Of a stretch of DNA of 32,000 nt, positions 7,298 through 16,229 are shown piece by piece; within the stretch, counting starts at the first letter, position 1, and each line of letters opens with the position of its first letter. The DNA is taken from assembly GCF_000007145.1 (NCBI RefSeq), contig NC_003902.1, forward strand, positions 3,476,497 to 3,508,496, given 5' to 3'. Under the pieces are notes generated by a model. The model did not search any database. It was not told where the DNA came from and saw only the letters and a program-made list of their open reading frames with translations. The DNA is from Xanthomonas campestris pv. campestris str. ATCC 33913. Its GTDB lineage: Bacteria > Pseudomonadota > Gammaproteobacteria > Xanthomonadales > Xanthomonadaceae. A program made the position numbers and the translations under genes.

Positions 7298-9742
7298 TCA
7301 GTGCGCAGGTGGGGGCGAGGCAGGTGCGGCCGCGGGCGTTTCGGTCTTCTTGTCCAGACCGAAGAACCGGCGCCAGCCGCCGCCGCTGGATTGCTCGGCC
7401 GGTGCGCTGCCGTCGGCAGGCGCCTCTTCGATGGACGGTGCGTTGCCGGCGCACGACGCGTATGCGGGGGTGAAGCCGACCACGAACGGGAATTGGCGCG
7501 CACCGGGGCAACCCGCATCGGTCACGCCGATGCCGCTGGCGTCCACCCACTGCCAATCCAGGCCCTTGCCGCTGACCTTCAACGGCGCGCTTGGCAGCCG
7601 CGCAAAGATGCTCGACCACACCCGCATCGAGCCGGTGGCACCATACAGACCGGTTTCGGCGTTCTGGTCGTTGCCCATCCAGATCACCGCCAGATGGTCG
7701 CCGGTATAGCCGGCATACCAGCTGTCGCGGCCATCGTTGGAGGTGCCGGTCTTGCCGGCCGGCGACAACCGCCCCAGGCCATCGCCGAGCAACTGGCGCG
7801 CGGTACCACCGCTGACCACCTGCTGCAGACCGATGCTGATCAGGTTGGCGGCGACCGAATCGCCTTCCTGCGCAGGCGCCGGGGTCTTGTCGTAGCGCTT
7901 GAGCAACTTGCCCTGCGGATCGAGCACGCCGCGCACCGCATGTAGCGGCTGGATCTCGCCACCGGCGGCCAGAAACTGGTACAGCTGCGCCATGCCATAC
8001 GGGCTCTGGTCGGTAGCGCCCAGGATCAACGAAGGATTGGTCTCGGCCTTGATGCCGGCCAGCACCTGGATCAGCTGCGCCACGCGCTCCGGACCCACCT
8101 GCATGCCCACCCGCACCGTGGCCTGGTTGTACGAATGCGCCAGCGCATCGATCAGGCGCACCGTGCCATGGCTGCGGTTGTCCGAATTGCCGGGCGACCA
8201 GGTCTTGCCGCGCGCAAGCTGCACGGTCACCGGGGAATCGTCGACCCAGCTGGACAACGCCCAACGGTCAGGCGAGGCCAGTGCCAGCAAGTAGACGAAG
8301 GGCTTGAGCAGCGAGCCGACCTGGCGCTGCGCTTCCACGGCGCGGTTGAACCCGGGCTTGGCCACGTCGCGGCTGCCGACCACCGCCAGCACATCGCCGT
8401 TATGCACGTCGGTCAGCACCAGGCCGGCCTGCAACGGCGGGCGCTTCTTGTTGTCCAGCCGCTTGATGGTGCCGGTCACCGCACCTTCGGCATACGCCTG
8501 CGCAGACGGCGACATGCCGGTGAGCACGCTCATGCCAGCGCCTTGCAGCACGCTTTCCGGGTAGTCATGCGCCAGTTGCCGGCGCACCAGGTCCACGTAG
8601 GCCGGGAAGCGATTGGCGGCGACCAGGCCCGGCTCTTTGGGCACGCCGAGCGGCGCGGCCAGCGCGCGCTTGTACTCGGCCTCGTCGATGAGATTGTTCT
8701 CGCGCAGTTTGCCCAGCACGAAGTTGCGCCGGTCCAGCGCGCGTGCGGGGCTGCGTCGCGGGTCGTAATACGACGGCCCCTTGACCAGGCCGATCAGCAG
8801 CGCGACCTGTTCGGTGGTCATCGAGCCCAGCTCGCGGCCGAACCACAGCTCTGCACCGGACGACACGCCATGTACGGCCTGCCCGCCGCGCTGGCCCAGG
8901 TACACCTGGTTGAGATACGCCTCCAGGATGGTGCGCTTGTCGTAACGCGCCTCCATGATCACCGCGTACAGGATCTCGTTGAACTTGCGGGTGACCGTCT
9001 GTTCCTTGCCGATGCCGAGCAGGCCGCTGCGCGCGAGCTGCTGGGTCAGCGTGCTGGCACCCTGACGCACCTGGCCGCCGGAGCGCGCCATGATCCAGGC
9101 CGCGCGCACCATGCCGCTCAGGTCGATGCCGTGGTGGCTATTGAAATCGCGATCTTCCACCGCCTGCAGGCCGGTGACCAGCAGCTCGGGCACTTCTTCC
9201 ATGCGCACCAGGCGGCGCTCTTCCTGCTTCTGGCCATACAGCGTGGCAATGCGTGCCGGATCCAGCCGCGCGCTCTTGAGCGCCTTGCGGTCGGCCGCAT
9301 CGCGCACACTGGCTACCCGTCCAGCGGACAGCGCAACCTCGATCCGACGCGCCGGCACCTGCCCGTCCACGTCGATATAGCCACGGCTGGCAATCACGAA
9401 GCGGCTGCCGTCCTGCTGATAGGTGCCCGCCAGCTTGCCCAGCCCGTCATCACGGTAGGACGCCGCGTCCAGCTCGGTCTTCAGCGTGGCTGCGTCCAGC
9501 GCCTTGCCCGGCACCAGCACCAGTGGCCGGCCGTACACACGCGTGGGGATCTGCCAGCGCAGTTCCCCGAAACGCTGGGTCACCTGCTTGTTCAGATACA
9601 TCGTGTACGGGATCAGGAAACCGAGCGCCAGCGCGAATGCCGCCAGGCTCCAGACGATCAGCCTGCGTTGCCAGCGGGAGCCTTGTTCGGCGGAGTCGTC
9701 CTCGAAATCGTCGGGAGCGTCGTGATCGTAGCGTCGGGGCAC
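7298..9742 (-). CDS. mrcB: penicillin-binding protein 1B (bifunctional glycosyltransferase/transpeptidase)
   Basis: 814-aa ORF with an acidic N-terminus, a TM helix and a UB2H-like segment. GT51 motifs are present (EDRDFNSHHGID, QGASTLTQQL, RKFNE), as are transpeptidase motifs (SLLKPF = SxxK, SYN, KTGTS). It is colinear with E. coli PBP1B. The start is a GTG at 9742. Confidence 0.93.
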   Translation of the reverse strand: MPRRYDHDAPDDFEDDSAEQGSRWQRRLIVWSLAAFALALGFLIPYTMYLNKQVTQRFGELRWQIPTRVYGRPLVLVPGKALDAATLKTELDAASYRDDGLGKLAGTYQQDGSRFVIASRGYIDVDGQVPARRIEVALSAGRVASVRDAADRKALKSARLDPARIATLYGQKQEERRLVRMEEVPELLVTGLQAVEDRDFNSHHGIDLSGMVRAAWIMARSGGQVRQGASTLTQQLARSGLLGIGKEQTVTRKFNEILYAVIMEARYDKRTILEAYLNQVYLGQRGGQAVHGVSSGAELWFGRELGSMTTEQVALLIGLVKGPSYYDPRRSPARALDRRNFVLGKLRENNLIDEAEYKRALAAPLGVPKEPGLVAANRFPAYVDLVRRQLAHDYPESVLQGAGMSVLTGMSPSAQAYAEGAVTGTIKRLDNKKRPPLQAGLVLTDVHNGDVLAVVGSRDVAKPGFNRAVEAQRQVGSLLKPFVYLLALASPDRWALSSWVDDSPVTVQLARGKTWSPGNSDNRSHGTVRLIDALAHSYNQATVRVGMQVGPERVAQLIQVLAGIKAETNPSLILGATDQSPYGMAQLYQFLAAGGEIQPLHAVRGVLDPQGKLLKRYDKTPAPAQEGDSVAANLISIGLQQVVSGGTARQLLGDGLGRLSPAGKTGTSNDGRDSWYAGYTGDHLAVIWMGNDQNAETGLYGATGSMRVWSSIFARLPSAPLKVSGKGLDWQWVDASGIGVTDAGCPGARQFPFVVGFTPAYASCAGNAPSIEEAPADGSAPAEQSSGGGWRRFFGLDKKTETPAAAPASPPPAH

Positions 9743-9837
9743 AGGGATGCGAGAATGTAGAGTCCGGCGAGTCTAGCGCAGCCCTGTCGTGGCTGCGGCG
9801 TGCCGGACCCTGTGGCTTAAGCTGGAGTTCCAACGGA

Positions 9838-11940
9838 ATGTCGATGTCCTTGGCCGATGCGCGCTATCTGTTCAATCGCGTGCTTGGCCTGATCCACCGC
9901 AGCGTCGCCAGCATGCGGACCCGCGGATGGCGCGCCACCTGGCAGCGCATCCGCGTGCACACGCAGGCGCCGCCGGTCGCGCTCGGCACGCCGCTGTGGT
10001 TGCCCGAGGCTGCGCCATTTACGGCATTTGCGGTGCCGCACAGCGCCACGCCGCAGGTGACGGTGGTGATTCCGGTGTACAACCAGATCGCGCACACACT
10101 CGCCTGCCTGCGTGCACTGGCCGCGCATCCACCGGCGCTGGGCATCGAGATCGTGGTGGTGGACGACGGCAGCAGCGACGCCACCGCTACCAATCTGCCG
10201 CACGTACAGGGCCTGCACTACCACCAGCGCGCACGCAACGGCGGCTTCATCGCTGCCTGCAACGACGGCATTGGGCTGGCACGCGGCGACTACGTGGTGC
10301 TGCTCAACAACGACACCGTGCCGCAGCCGGGCTGGCTGGACCGGTTGATCGGCACCTTTACCGCGCATCCATCTGCCGGCCTGGTGGGCGCACAGCTGGT
10401 GTATCCGGACGGGCGCTTGCAGGAATCCGGCGGCGTGGTGTTCGGCGATGGCAGCGCCTGGAGCTACGGGCGCTTCGAGTCCGCTGAGGATCCGCGCTAC
10501 GCCTACGTGCGGCAGATGGACTATTGCTCCGGCGCGGCGATCGCGCTGCCGCGTGCGCTGCTGCAGACCTTGGGTGGGCTGGATCGGCGCTACATGCCAG
10601 CGTATTACGAAGACACCGACCTGGCCTTCGCGGTGCGTGCCGCAGGGCACAGCGTGCTGGTGCAGCCGGCTAGCGTGGTGGTGCATGACGAAGGCACCAG
10701 CAACGGCACCGACACCCGCACCGGCGTCAAGGCGTATCAGGTGCGCAACCGCAGCGTGTTCGCCGAAAAATGGCAGCAGGTGCTGCAGGCGCAGTTGCCG
10801 GTTGGCAGCGTGCCCGACCCCGCCAGCCTGCACCGCCACCAACGCCAGGTCCTCATCCTGGACGAATGCGTGCCGCAGCCGGACCGTGACTCCGGTTCGT
10901 TGCGGCAGTTCAACCTGATCCGCCTGTTGTGCGCCGAAGGTGCACACGTGGTGTTCGTGCCCACCCGTCGCGAGCATGCCGGCCGCCACACGCAGGCCTT
11001 GCAGCAACTCGGCGTGGAAGTCTGGTATGCGCCGTTCCTGGAAGGCATCGGCACCTGGCTGCGCACGCATGGCCCACGTTTCAGCGCGGTGCTGCTGGTG
11101 CGCCACCACGTCGCCCATGCCTGCCTGCCACTGCTCAAGCGTTACGCGCCGCAGGCACGCACCTTGTTCGATACGGTGGATCTGCACTATCTGCGCGAGC
11201 GCCGTGGCGCCGAGCTTACCGGCGACGCCAACCTGCTGCGCAGCGCCGAACGTACGCGCCTGCGCGAGCTGGAGATCATGGCGGCCACCGACGTGACCGT
11301 GCTGGTGTCGGCGGCCGAGCAGGCACAGCTGCACGCGGATGCACCACAGATCCGCACCGCCCTGCTCTCCAATTTGCACGAGGTTGCCGGCAGCGGCCAG
11401 CCGTTCGCGCAGCGGCGCGATCTGGTGTTTGTCGGCGGCTTCCGGCATCCACCGAACGTGGATGCGGTGCAGTGGTTCATCAGTGCGATTTTTCCGCTGG
11501 TGTGCGCGCAGTTGCCGGACGTGGTGTTCCACTGCATCGGCGCCGACGTGCCCGCCGCGCTGCAGTTACTGGCCGATGAAACGCCGGGCGTGCAGTTGCA
11601 TGGGCACGTGCCGGATCTGGTGCCGTACATGGACACGCTGCGTATTGCAGTGGCGCCGCTGCGCTTCGGTGCCGGCGTCAAGGGCAAGATCAACCTGAGC
11701 ATGGCGCACGGCCAGCCAGTGGTGGGCACCACCTGCGCGGTGGAAGGCATGCACCTGCACGATGGCGAGGACGTGTGCGTGGCAGATGAAGCAGATGCGT
11801 TCGCCGCCGCCATCGTGCGCCTGTATCAGGACGCCGCGCTCTGGCAACGCCTGGCCGACAACGGCCTGCGCAATGTGGCGCAGCATTTTTCGCTGGATGC
11901 CGCACGCGCGACGGTGCGGACTTTGTTTATCGCTGAGTGA
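9838..11940 (+). CDS. two-domain glycosyltransferase (N-terminal GT2, C-terminal GT4/group-1-like)
   Basis: The track ORF starts at 9523 inside and antisense to mrcB with Arg-rich junk. A plausible start is the ATG at 9838 (MSMSLADARYLF...). The GT2 signature is VTVVIPVYNQ...VVVDDGSSD...LLNNDT...YEDTDL. The C-terminal half has a group-1 signature (FVGGFRHPPNVDAV...APLRFGAGVKGKINLSMAHGQPVVGT). Confidence 0.85.
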   Translation: MSMSLADARYLFNRVLGLIHRSVASMRTRGWRATWQRIRVHTQAPPVALGTPLWLPEAAPFTAFAVPHSATPQVTVVIPVYNQIAHTLACLRALAAHPPALGIEIVVVDDGSSDATATNLPHVQGLHYHQRARNGGFIAACNDGIGLARGDYVVLLNNDTVPQPGWLDRLIGTFTAHPSAGLVGAQLVYPDGRLQESGGVVFGDGSAWSYGRFESAEDPRYAYVRQMDYCSGAAIALPRALLQTLGGLDRRYMPAYYEDTDLAFAVRAAGHSVLVQPASVVVHDEGTSNGTDTRTGVKAYQVRNRSVFAEKWQQVLQAQLPVGSVPDPASLHRHQRQVLILDECVPQPDRDSGSLRQFNLIRLLCAEGAHVVFVPTRREHAGRHTQALQQLGVEVWYAPFLEGIGTWLRTHGPRFSAVLLVRHHVAHACLPLLKRYAPQARTLFDTVDLHYLRERRGAELTGDANLLRSAERTRLRELEIMAATDVTVLVSAAEQAQLHADAPQIRTALLSNLHEVAGSGQPFAQRRDLVFVGGFRHPPNVDAVQWFISAIFPLVCAQLPDVVFHCIGADVPAALQLLADETPGVQLHGHVPDLVPYMDTLRIAVAPLRFGAGVKGKINLSMAHGQPVVGTTCAVEGMHLHDGEDVCVADEADAFAAAIVRLYQDAALWQRLADNGLRNVAQHFSLDAARATVRTLFIAE

Positions 11941-12015
11941 GGCGAGGTGGGCGTGCATGCGCCGTTTGGTGTACTGCATGGGCTCTCACAGACACCGCCT
12001 CAACCGATCATTCGC

Positions 12016-13531
12016 TCAGCGCTCTTCACTCACCGCTTTGACGCGCCGGCTGAAGTCCGCCAACTCCGGCAACGAGGGATCCAACTGACGGGCCTCGTTC
12101 TGCGCGCGGCGCGCAAAGGCCGCGTCTTCCTGGCCCAGCCGCTCGCTGCCCACCGCCACCCAGCGCTGCGCCAGGCGCCGGCGCGCGCTCGCCAGAGCGT
12201 CGCCGGTGGGCATCAGCGCCTGCCAGGCATCCAGACAGCCGCGCGCGGCGCGTAGCCGGTTGTTGCGTAACTCGTCCTCGAAACAGCGCTGGCTGGCCGG
12301 CGCCACGCGTGCGGCAGCCTGCAGCACGCGCGGGTCGCGGGGTGCCAGCGCTTGTGCGGCACGTACGGCGTCGTAGGCGCTGGCGCCAGGCGGCGTCATC
12401 CATTGCTGTTGCGCTTCGGCTGCGGCGACGCGTTGCAGCAGGCTGCGCAGGCGGCGTTCGCGCGCCCCCCGCGACAACCCGGATTCCGGCCCGCGCTGCG
12501 CATCGCGCGCACGCGCGATCGCCCTGCTCGGCCGCGGCGATGGATGGGCCAGAGGGGACCAGAGCGCGCGCCTGCTGCAGCGACTGTGTTGCCGCATCGA
12601 ACTGAAAATCCGCGGCCTGGCGGGTGGCCTGCGCGGCATATTCGGCAGCAACCCGCTCCACGCCGCGTTGCGCCTGCGCATCGCCCGGCTCGGCAGCCAG
12701 CACGGCAGTGAAGTCGCGCACCGCAGGCGCCAGCCGGCCGCGCCGCAACAGCGTGTCGGCGCGCTGCCGGCGCTGATCCATCAGCCGGTGGTACTGGCCC
12801 TCGGTCGAAGGAACATCGGCATGCCCGGCGTCGTAGCGCTTGGCCGCGGCCAGCAAGGCGGCCGCCTCGGCGAGTGCATCGCGTGCCAGCGCGTGGCGGG
12901 CCTGTGCCAGCAGGTCGGTCAGCGCATCTTCGCGGCCTTCCAGGGCATCGGTGCGGTCCGGGGCCAGGGAGAGCACCCGCTGATACAACGGCAGTGCACT
13001 GTCGGGCGTGCCGTCCAGGCGGCCCTGCTGTTGCGCGGCGACGGCCTGGGCCACCAGCGCATCCAGGCCGGCCCGGCGCGCCTGCAGTTGCCGCAGGCGC
13101 AGCTCGACCGGCGCAATCTGCGCCTGCGCCACTTCCAGCGCGCGTGCCAGCGCAACCCCGCGCTGGGCCGCCGGCACATCGCCCGCAGCCAGTGCCGCAC
13201 GCGCCTGCACCACCGCGGCCGCACCGGTGCGGGCCAGGCCCTGCCGCGCTTCGCTACGGTCGCCGTCCAGTGCCAGTGCCGCGGCAAAGAATTCGCGCGC
13301 CCCGCTGCCATCGGCAGCACTCAATTGACCACGTGCCAGCGCCGCGTCGCCGCGCTGCAGGAGTTGCTGGATGCGGCTGTCCGGCCACAGCAGATCGGCC
13401 AGCGGGCGCCGGAACACGATGACACTCAGCAACAGGCACGCGGCGAGCACCAGCACCACGCGCCACAGCGCACGGCTGCGCAGCGGCGCCCAGAGGCGCG
13501 GCGATCTGGCCCAGCGCGGAAGCGGGAACAT
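12016..13531 (-). pseudogene. frameshifted gene for a membrane-anchored Ala-rich, TPR-like protein (single frame change near 12500-12540)
   Basis: The protein-like N-terminal part (MFPLPRW..., TM helix VVLVLAACLLLSVIVF, Ala/Leu/Gln-rich helical repeats) lies in the frame of ORF 12026..13579. After ...PSIAAAEQ that frame degenerates into Arg-rich out-of-frame sequence. Protein-like sequence resumes in the frame of ORF 12016..12681 from ...AIARARDAQRGPESG to the stop at 12016. The switch maps to GAGCAGGGCGATCGC (plus strand 12518-12529, run ccc at 12522-12524). Confidence 0.6.
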
Positions 13532-13617
13532 GCGGTGGCGTCCGTCCTTGGCGCGACCTGACGGGGACGCGTTCACCACGCAATGGTAGCCGCCCCGGCT
13601 GCGAAGACTGCGTGCGC

Positions 13618-15789
13618 TCAGCCCAGCCGGCGCACCTCGTTCACCCCGGGCAAGGCGTCCAGCTTGCCCAGCAGCGCCGAGAGCTGCTCGTAATCGCTCA
13701 CTTTCAGGCGCAGCCGCAGTTGCGCGCGGCCACTGTCGCGCACGTTATCGCTGTTGATTTCCAGCACATGCGCGTCTTCCTGCGCGATCAGGTTGGTGAT
13801 GTCCTTGAGCAGCCAGCGCCGGTCCACTGCCCGCACCTGCACGTCCACCTCGTAACCGCTCCCGGCCTGGCCCCACTCCACCGGCAGCACCCGCTGCGGA
13901 TGCGCGGCAGCCAGACGCGACAGCGCCACGCAGTCGGCCCGATGCACGGTGATGCCGCGGCCACGCGTGAGATACCCGGCAATCGGCTCGCCCGCCACCG
14001 GGTGGCAGCAGCGCGCCAGCTGCACCAGCAGATTGCCCACGCCCTGCACGGTAAATTTGGATTTGCCCAGCCCGTCGCGGCGCGCGGTCGGGCGCGGCGG
14101 CGCCGGGACGGCCGGCTGCGACGCCGCACGCTCGGCTTCCAGCAGCGCGCGGCTGATCTGGTTGGGCCCGGTATCGCCCAGCGCCACCTGGATGTACAGG
14201 TCGTCGATGCTGTCGGCGTGGAACTTGCGCGTGGCCACGCTGAGGTCGGCATGCTGCAGCCCCAAGCGCTTGAGCTCGCGATCGAGCACGTCCTTGCCGG
14301 CCTGCACGTTGCGGGCGCGGTCGAGCTTGTGAAACCAGGCGCGTACCTTGTCGCGCGAGCGCCCGCTGGCCAGGAACCCGTTGGAGGCCAACAGCCAATC
14401 GCGGCGCGGGTCGGCTTCCTTGGCGGTCATGATTTCCACGCGGTCGCCGCTGCGCAGCCGGTAGGTCAGCGGCACGATGCGGTTGTTCACGCGTGCGCCG
14501 CGGCAGCGGTGCCCCACCATCGTGTGCACGTGGTAAGCGAAATCCAGCGGCGTGGCCCCTTGCGGCAGGTCGATCACCTCGCCCTTGGGCGTGAGCGCAT
14601 AAACGCGGTCTTCGATCAGCTCCGCATCCAGCGCGCCAGCCAGTTCGCCGTGCTCGCCGTCCTGCACCTGCTCCAGCAACTGCCGCATCCACAGGATCTT
14701 GCGATCGAACGCCTTTTCCGCGCCCTTGCCGCCTTCCTTGTACTTCCAGTGCGCGGCCACGCCGAGTTCGGCCTGGGCGTGCATCTCGTGGGTGCGGATC
14801 TGGATCTCGATGGTGCGCCCCTCCGGACCCACCACCGCGGTATGCAGCGAGCGGTAATCGTTGGCCTTGGGCCGGGCGATGTAGTCGTCGAACTCGCTCG
14901 GCACCGGCGCCCATAGCGCGTGCACCGCACCCAGCGCGGCATAGCAGGCGGCCACGTCGTCCACCATCACCCGCACCGCGCGCACATCGTAGAGCTGGTC
15001 GAAGGAGAGCCGCTTTTTCTGCATCTTCCGCCAGATGCTGTAGATGTGCTTCGGCCGCCCGCTGACATCCGCGCGCAGGCCCTGCTGTGCCAGCGCTGCC
15101 GACAGCGTGCGCTTGACCGCCTCGATGTAGCGCTCGCGCGCCACCCGGGTTTCGTCCACATCGCGGGCGATGCGCCGGTAGGTATCCGGTTCCAGGTGCC
15201 GGAATGCCAGATCCTCCAGCTCCCACTTGACCTGCCAGATCCCCAGCCGGTTGGCCAACGGTGCGTGGATGTCGCGGGTGAGCTGGGCCAGCGCGCGGCG
15301 CTCTTCCTCGCTCTGCCGGTCGGCCACGCGCATGCGCGCCAGCTGGCGGGCCAGCAGGATCGGCACCACGCGCAGGTCGTGGATGATGGACAACAACAGG
15401 CGGCGCAGGCCTTCACTATTACGCCCCGCCTCGCGCCCGGCATGCAGCGCCCAGACCTGGTCGGCGGCATCCAGGCCATCCAGCAGCCCCTCCACCACGC
15501 CGCGCCGTTCCGCCGGCTGCCATGGCAGCGTGGCAACACCCGGGCGTAGCGCCGGAATATCGAACAACAACGCGGCCACAAGGGTCGCTTCGTCGGCCGC
15601 CAGGTGCGCCAGGGCGTCCAGCGTATCGGTGAGCAAGGCCCACGGCACGCTGTCTGCCTGCGCCGTTTCGGACGCTGCCCAGGCCTGGGCCAACGCATCG
15701 CGCAAGGCGGGCGCGATCGATGCGAGGGCGGGACGCTGCAGCACGGCATGCAGGCGGTCGGGGGCGGAGCTGTTCACAACGGTGGACAC
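13618..15789 (-). CDS. relA: GTP pyrophosphokinase RelA ((p)ppGpp synthetase I, hydrolase-inactive long RSH)
   Basis: Colinear with E. coli RelA (IHAPLANRLGIWQVKWELEDLAFRHL, GRPKHIYSIWRKMQKK, DVRAVRV, IQIRTHEMHAQAELGVAAHWKYKEG), followed by TGS and ACT-like regions. The HD motif position reads AALLFDI, as in RelA, rather than LLHD as in SpoT. The start is uncertain: the track uses a TTG at 15930. The only GTG in the 5' region (15789, VSTVVNSS...) gives 723 aa, close to RelA length. Confidence 0.88.
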   Translation of the reverse strand: MSTVVNSSAPDRLHAVLQRPALASIAPALRDALAQAWAASETAQADSVPWALLTDTLDALAHLAADEATLVAALLFDIPALRPGVATLPWQPAERRGVVEGLLDGLDAADQVWALHAGREAGRNSEGLRRLLLSIIHDLRVVPILLARQLARMRVADRQSEEERRALAQLTRDIHAPLANRLGIWQVKWELEDLAFRHLEPDTYRRIARDVDETRVARERYIEAVKRTLSAALAQQGLRADVSGRPKHIYSIWRKMQKKRLSFDQLYDVRAVRVMVDDVAACYAALGAVHALWAPVPSEFDDYIARPKANDYRSLHTAVVGPEGRTIEIQIRTHEMHAQAELGVAAHWKYKEGGKGAEKAFDRKILWMRQLLEQVQDGEHGELAGALDAELIEDRVYALTPKGEVIDLPQGATPLDFAYHVHTMVGHRCRGARVNNRIVPLTYRLRSGDRVEIMTAKEADPRRDWLLASNGFLASGRSRDKVRAWFHKLDRARNVQAGKDVLDRELKRLGLQHADLSVATRKFHADSIDDLYIQVALGDTGPNQISRALLEAERAASQPAVPAPPRPTARRDGLGKSKFTVQGVGNLLVQLARCCHPVAGEPIAGYLTRGRGITVHRADCVALSRLAAAHPQRVLPVEWGQAGSGYEVDVQVRAVDRRWLLKDITNLIAQEDAHVLEINSDNVRDSGRAQLRLRLKVSDYEQLSALLGKLDALPGVNEVRRLG

Positions 15790-16082
15790 AAAGGCGGCAG
15801 GGACATGGGGGCTGACAGCTACGGTAACGTGCGCGTCACCATCTCCACAACGCGTGTTTCGTGCGCCCTCACGCCCATGCGTGCCCGCTGCGCTTACGCA
15901 CGGTTCACCCGGCAACGCCTTGATTGGCAACCCATCGCGGCGCCAGGCCGGTGCAAAGCGCGACGTGGCCCAAGCTTTTTACATGCTCTTTACAACTGGC
16001 CCAAACCGCGTGCCTATGCTCCCTGCACGTCGTCGCGGCGCAATCTGCGCCGGCGTTACTCCAACCAACTGCGAGGTAGCCG

Positions 16083-16163
16083 ATGAAGACCTGGAAGAAG
16101 CCTGTTGTACGTGAAGTCAATTGTGGCGCCGAGATCAACTGCTACGTTTCCGGCGAGTTCTGA
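16083..16163 (+). CDS. pqqA: pyrroloquinoline quinone precursor peptide PqqA
   Basis: A 26-codon ORF not in the track: MKTWKKPVVREVNCGAEINCYVSGEF*. It contains the invariant Glu-x3-Tyr pair (E17...Y21) within a G-x-E-[IV]-x-x-Y context like M. extorquens PqqA (ICVGMEVTSYESAE). A GAGG Shine-Dalgarno lies 6 nt upstream, and the ORF sits directly upstream of pqqB. Confidence 0.87.
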   Translation: MKTWKKPVVREVNCGAEINCYVSGEF

Positions 16164-16195
16164 GCGACCCTGCCGCCCTCTCTTTCGATGCATGA

Positions 16196-16216
16196 CCGGC
16201 TGTTGCCGGCAGACAG
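16196..16216 (+). promoter_or_regulatory. stem-loop in the pqqA-pqqB spacer
   Basis: CCGGC tgtt GCCGG (16196-16209) overlaps an alternative pairing, CTGTTGCC/GGCAGACAG (16200-16216). It lies in the 66-nt gap between the pqqA stop and the pqqB start. Confidence 0.35.
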
Positions 16217-16229
16217 GTAACAGTTCTCC

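Noticed and set aside
8135-9760. 541-aa ORF on the plus strand (with other plus-strand ORFs at 6716..7945 and 7062..7709)
   Set aside because: It is antisense to mrcB and the lipoprotein gene. The composition is Arg/His/Gln-rich and low-complexity, whereas the opposite strand encodes unmistakable PBP1B motifs.
9523-9837. The 5' 105 codons of the 805-aa glycosyltransferase ORF
   Set aside because: This part overlaps the mrcB 5' end on the opposite strand and is Arg/Ser-rich. Plausible protein sequence starts at the ATG at 9838.
9817-11532. 571-aa ORF on the minus strand
   Set aside because: It is antisense to the glycosyltransferase. It has no recognisable domain and a shadow-frame composition.
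13612-14916. 434-aa plus-strand ORF, plus the 493-aa minus-strand ORF 13745..15226
   Set aside because: These are, respectively, antisense to relA and an alternative frame of it. The RelA motifs identify the true frame unambiguously.
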